In this document: positions 63,998 to 64,000 of the stretch, in pieces
Layout: every line of letters starts with the position of its first letter
How positions within the stretch are numbered: the stretch's first letter is position 1
From: an uncultured Actinomycetes bacterium
Lineage (GTDB): Bacteria > Actinomycetota > Acidimicrobiia > IMCC26256 > PALSA-555
DNA length: 64,000 nt
Assembly: GCA_963714105.1 (NCBI GenBank)
Contig: OY970233.1
Coordinates: 2,438,676 to 2,502,675, forward strand
Reading direction: 5' to 3'
The notes under the pieces: generated by a model
The model's input: the letters and a program-made list of their open reading frames with translations, nothing else
What the model was told of the DNA's origin: nothing
Databases searched by the model: none
Position numbers and translations under genes: made by a program

Positions 63998-64000
63998 ACC

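Overview
This is a very GC-rich segment (about 70% by eye, not computed) that looks like actinobacterial chromosome. It may be Acidimicrobiia-like, but I cannot verify that without a database. Most of the window is conserved housekeeping. The core clusters are: TIGR03960 radical SAM, DUF2344, rne, rplU, rpmA, obg, proB, proA; a MoxR/VWA pair; nadD-rsfS; a hisH/hisF-like pair; an ABC-2 exporter; leuS, a comEA-like gene, folP, holA, rpsT, lepA, hemW, CIRCE, hrcA, dnaJ, rsmE; an XRE gene, phoH, ybeY, a corC-like gene, era; a caa3-type oxidase operon ctaCDEF-ctaG plus a membrane-anchored blue-copper protein; a lipid kinase, uppS, recO, glyQS, a J-like/RDD protein, ppdK, a thioesterase, dgt, dnaG, rpoD. 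There are two tRNAs, Ala-GGC (minus strand) and Met-CAT (plus strand). Two patches look accessory. (1) About 16.6-24.1 kb, ending at tRNA-Ala: a truncated aquaporin, an ArsR plus His-rich transporter cassette, a DinB-MOSC fusion, DUF1697, SnoaL-like and SRPBCC proteins, an ECF sigma with a C-terminal extension plus a YciI/DGPF partner, and a methyltransferase. (2) About 58.6-64.0 kb, starting right after tRNA-Met: secreted and membrane proteins of unknown function. I found no CRISPR array, transposase, integrase, phage module or recognisable defence system. The most unusual signal is in patch 2. Two signal-peptide proteins with unrelated bodies end in the same extreme C-terminal tail, PVVV[ST]PRFTG-stop. 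The tail is conserved at protein level through many synonymous differences. A decayed third copy and a repeat of about 95 nt lie nearby. A second window-wide observation is that about 20 apparent frameshifts interrupt otherwise clear genes, including essential ones (leuS, ctaD, ybeY, hemW). Indel errors in the assembly are the most likely cause, although rsmE, the VWA gene and the ECF sigma carry several shifts each. Many long ORFs in the supplied track are antisense or out-of-frame artefacts of the high GC content and are not reported as genes.
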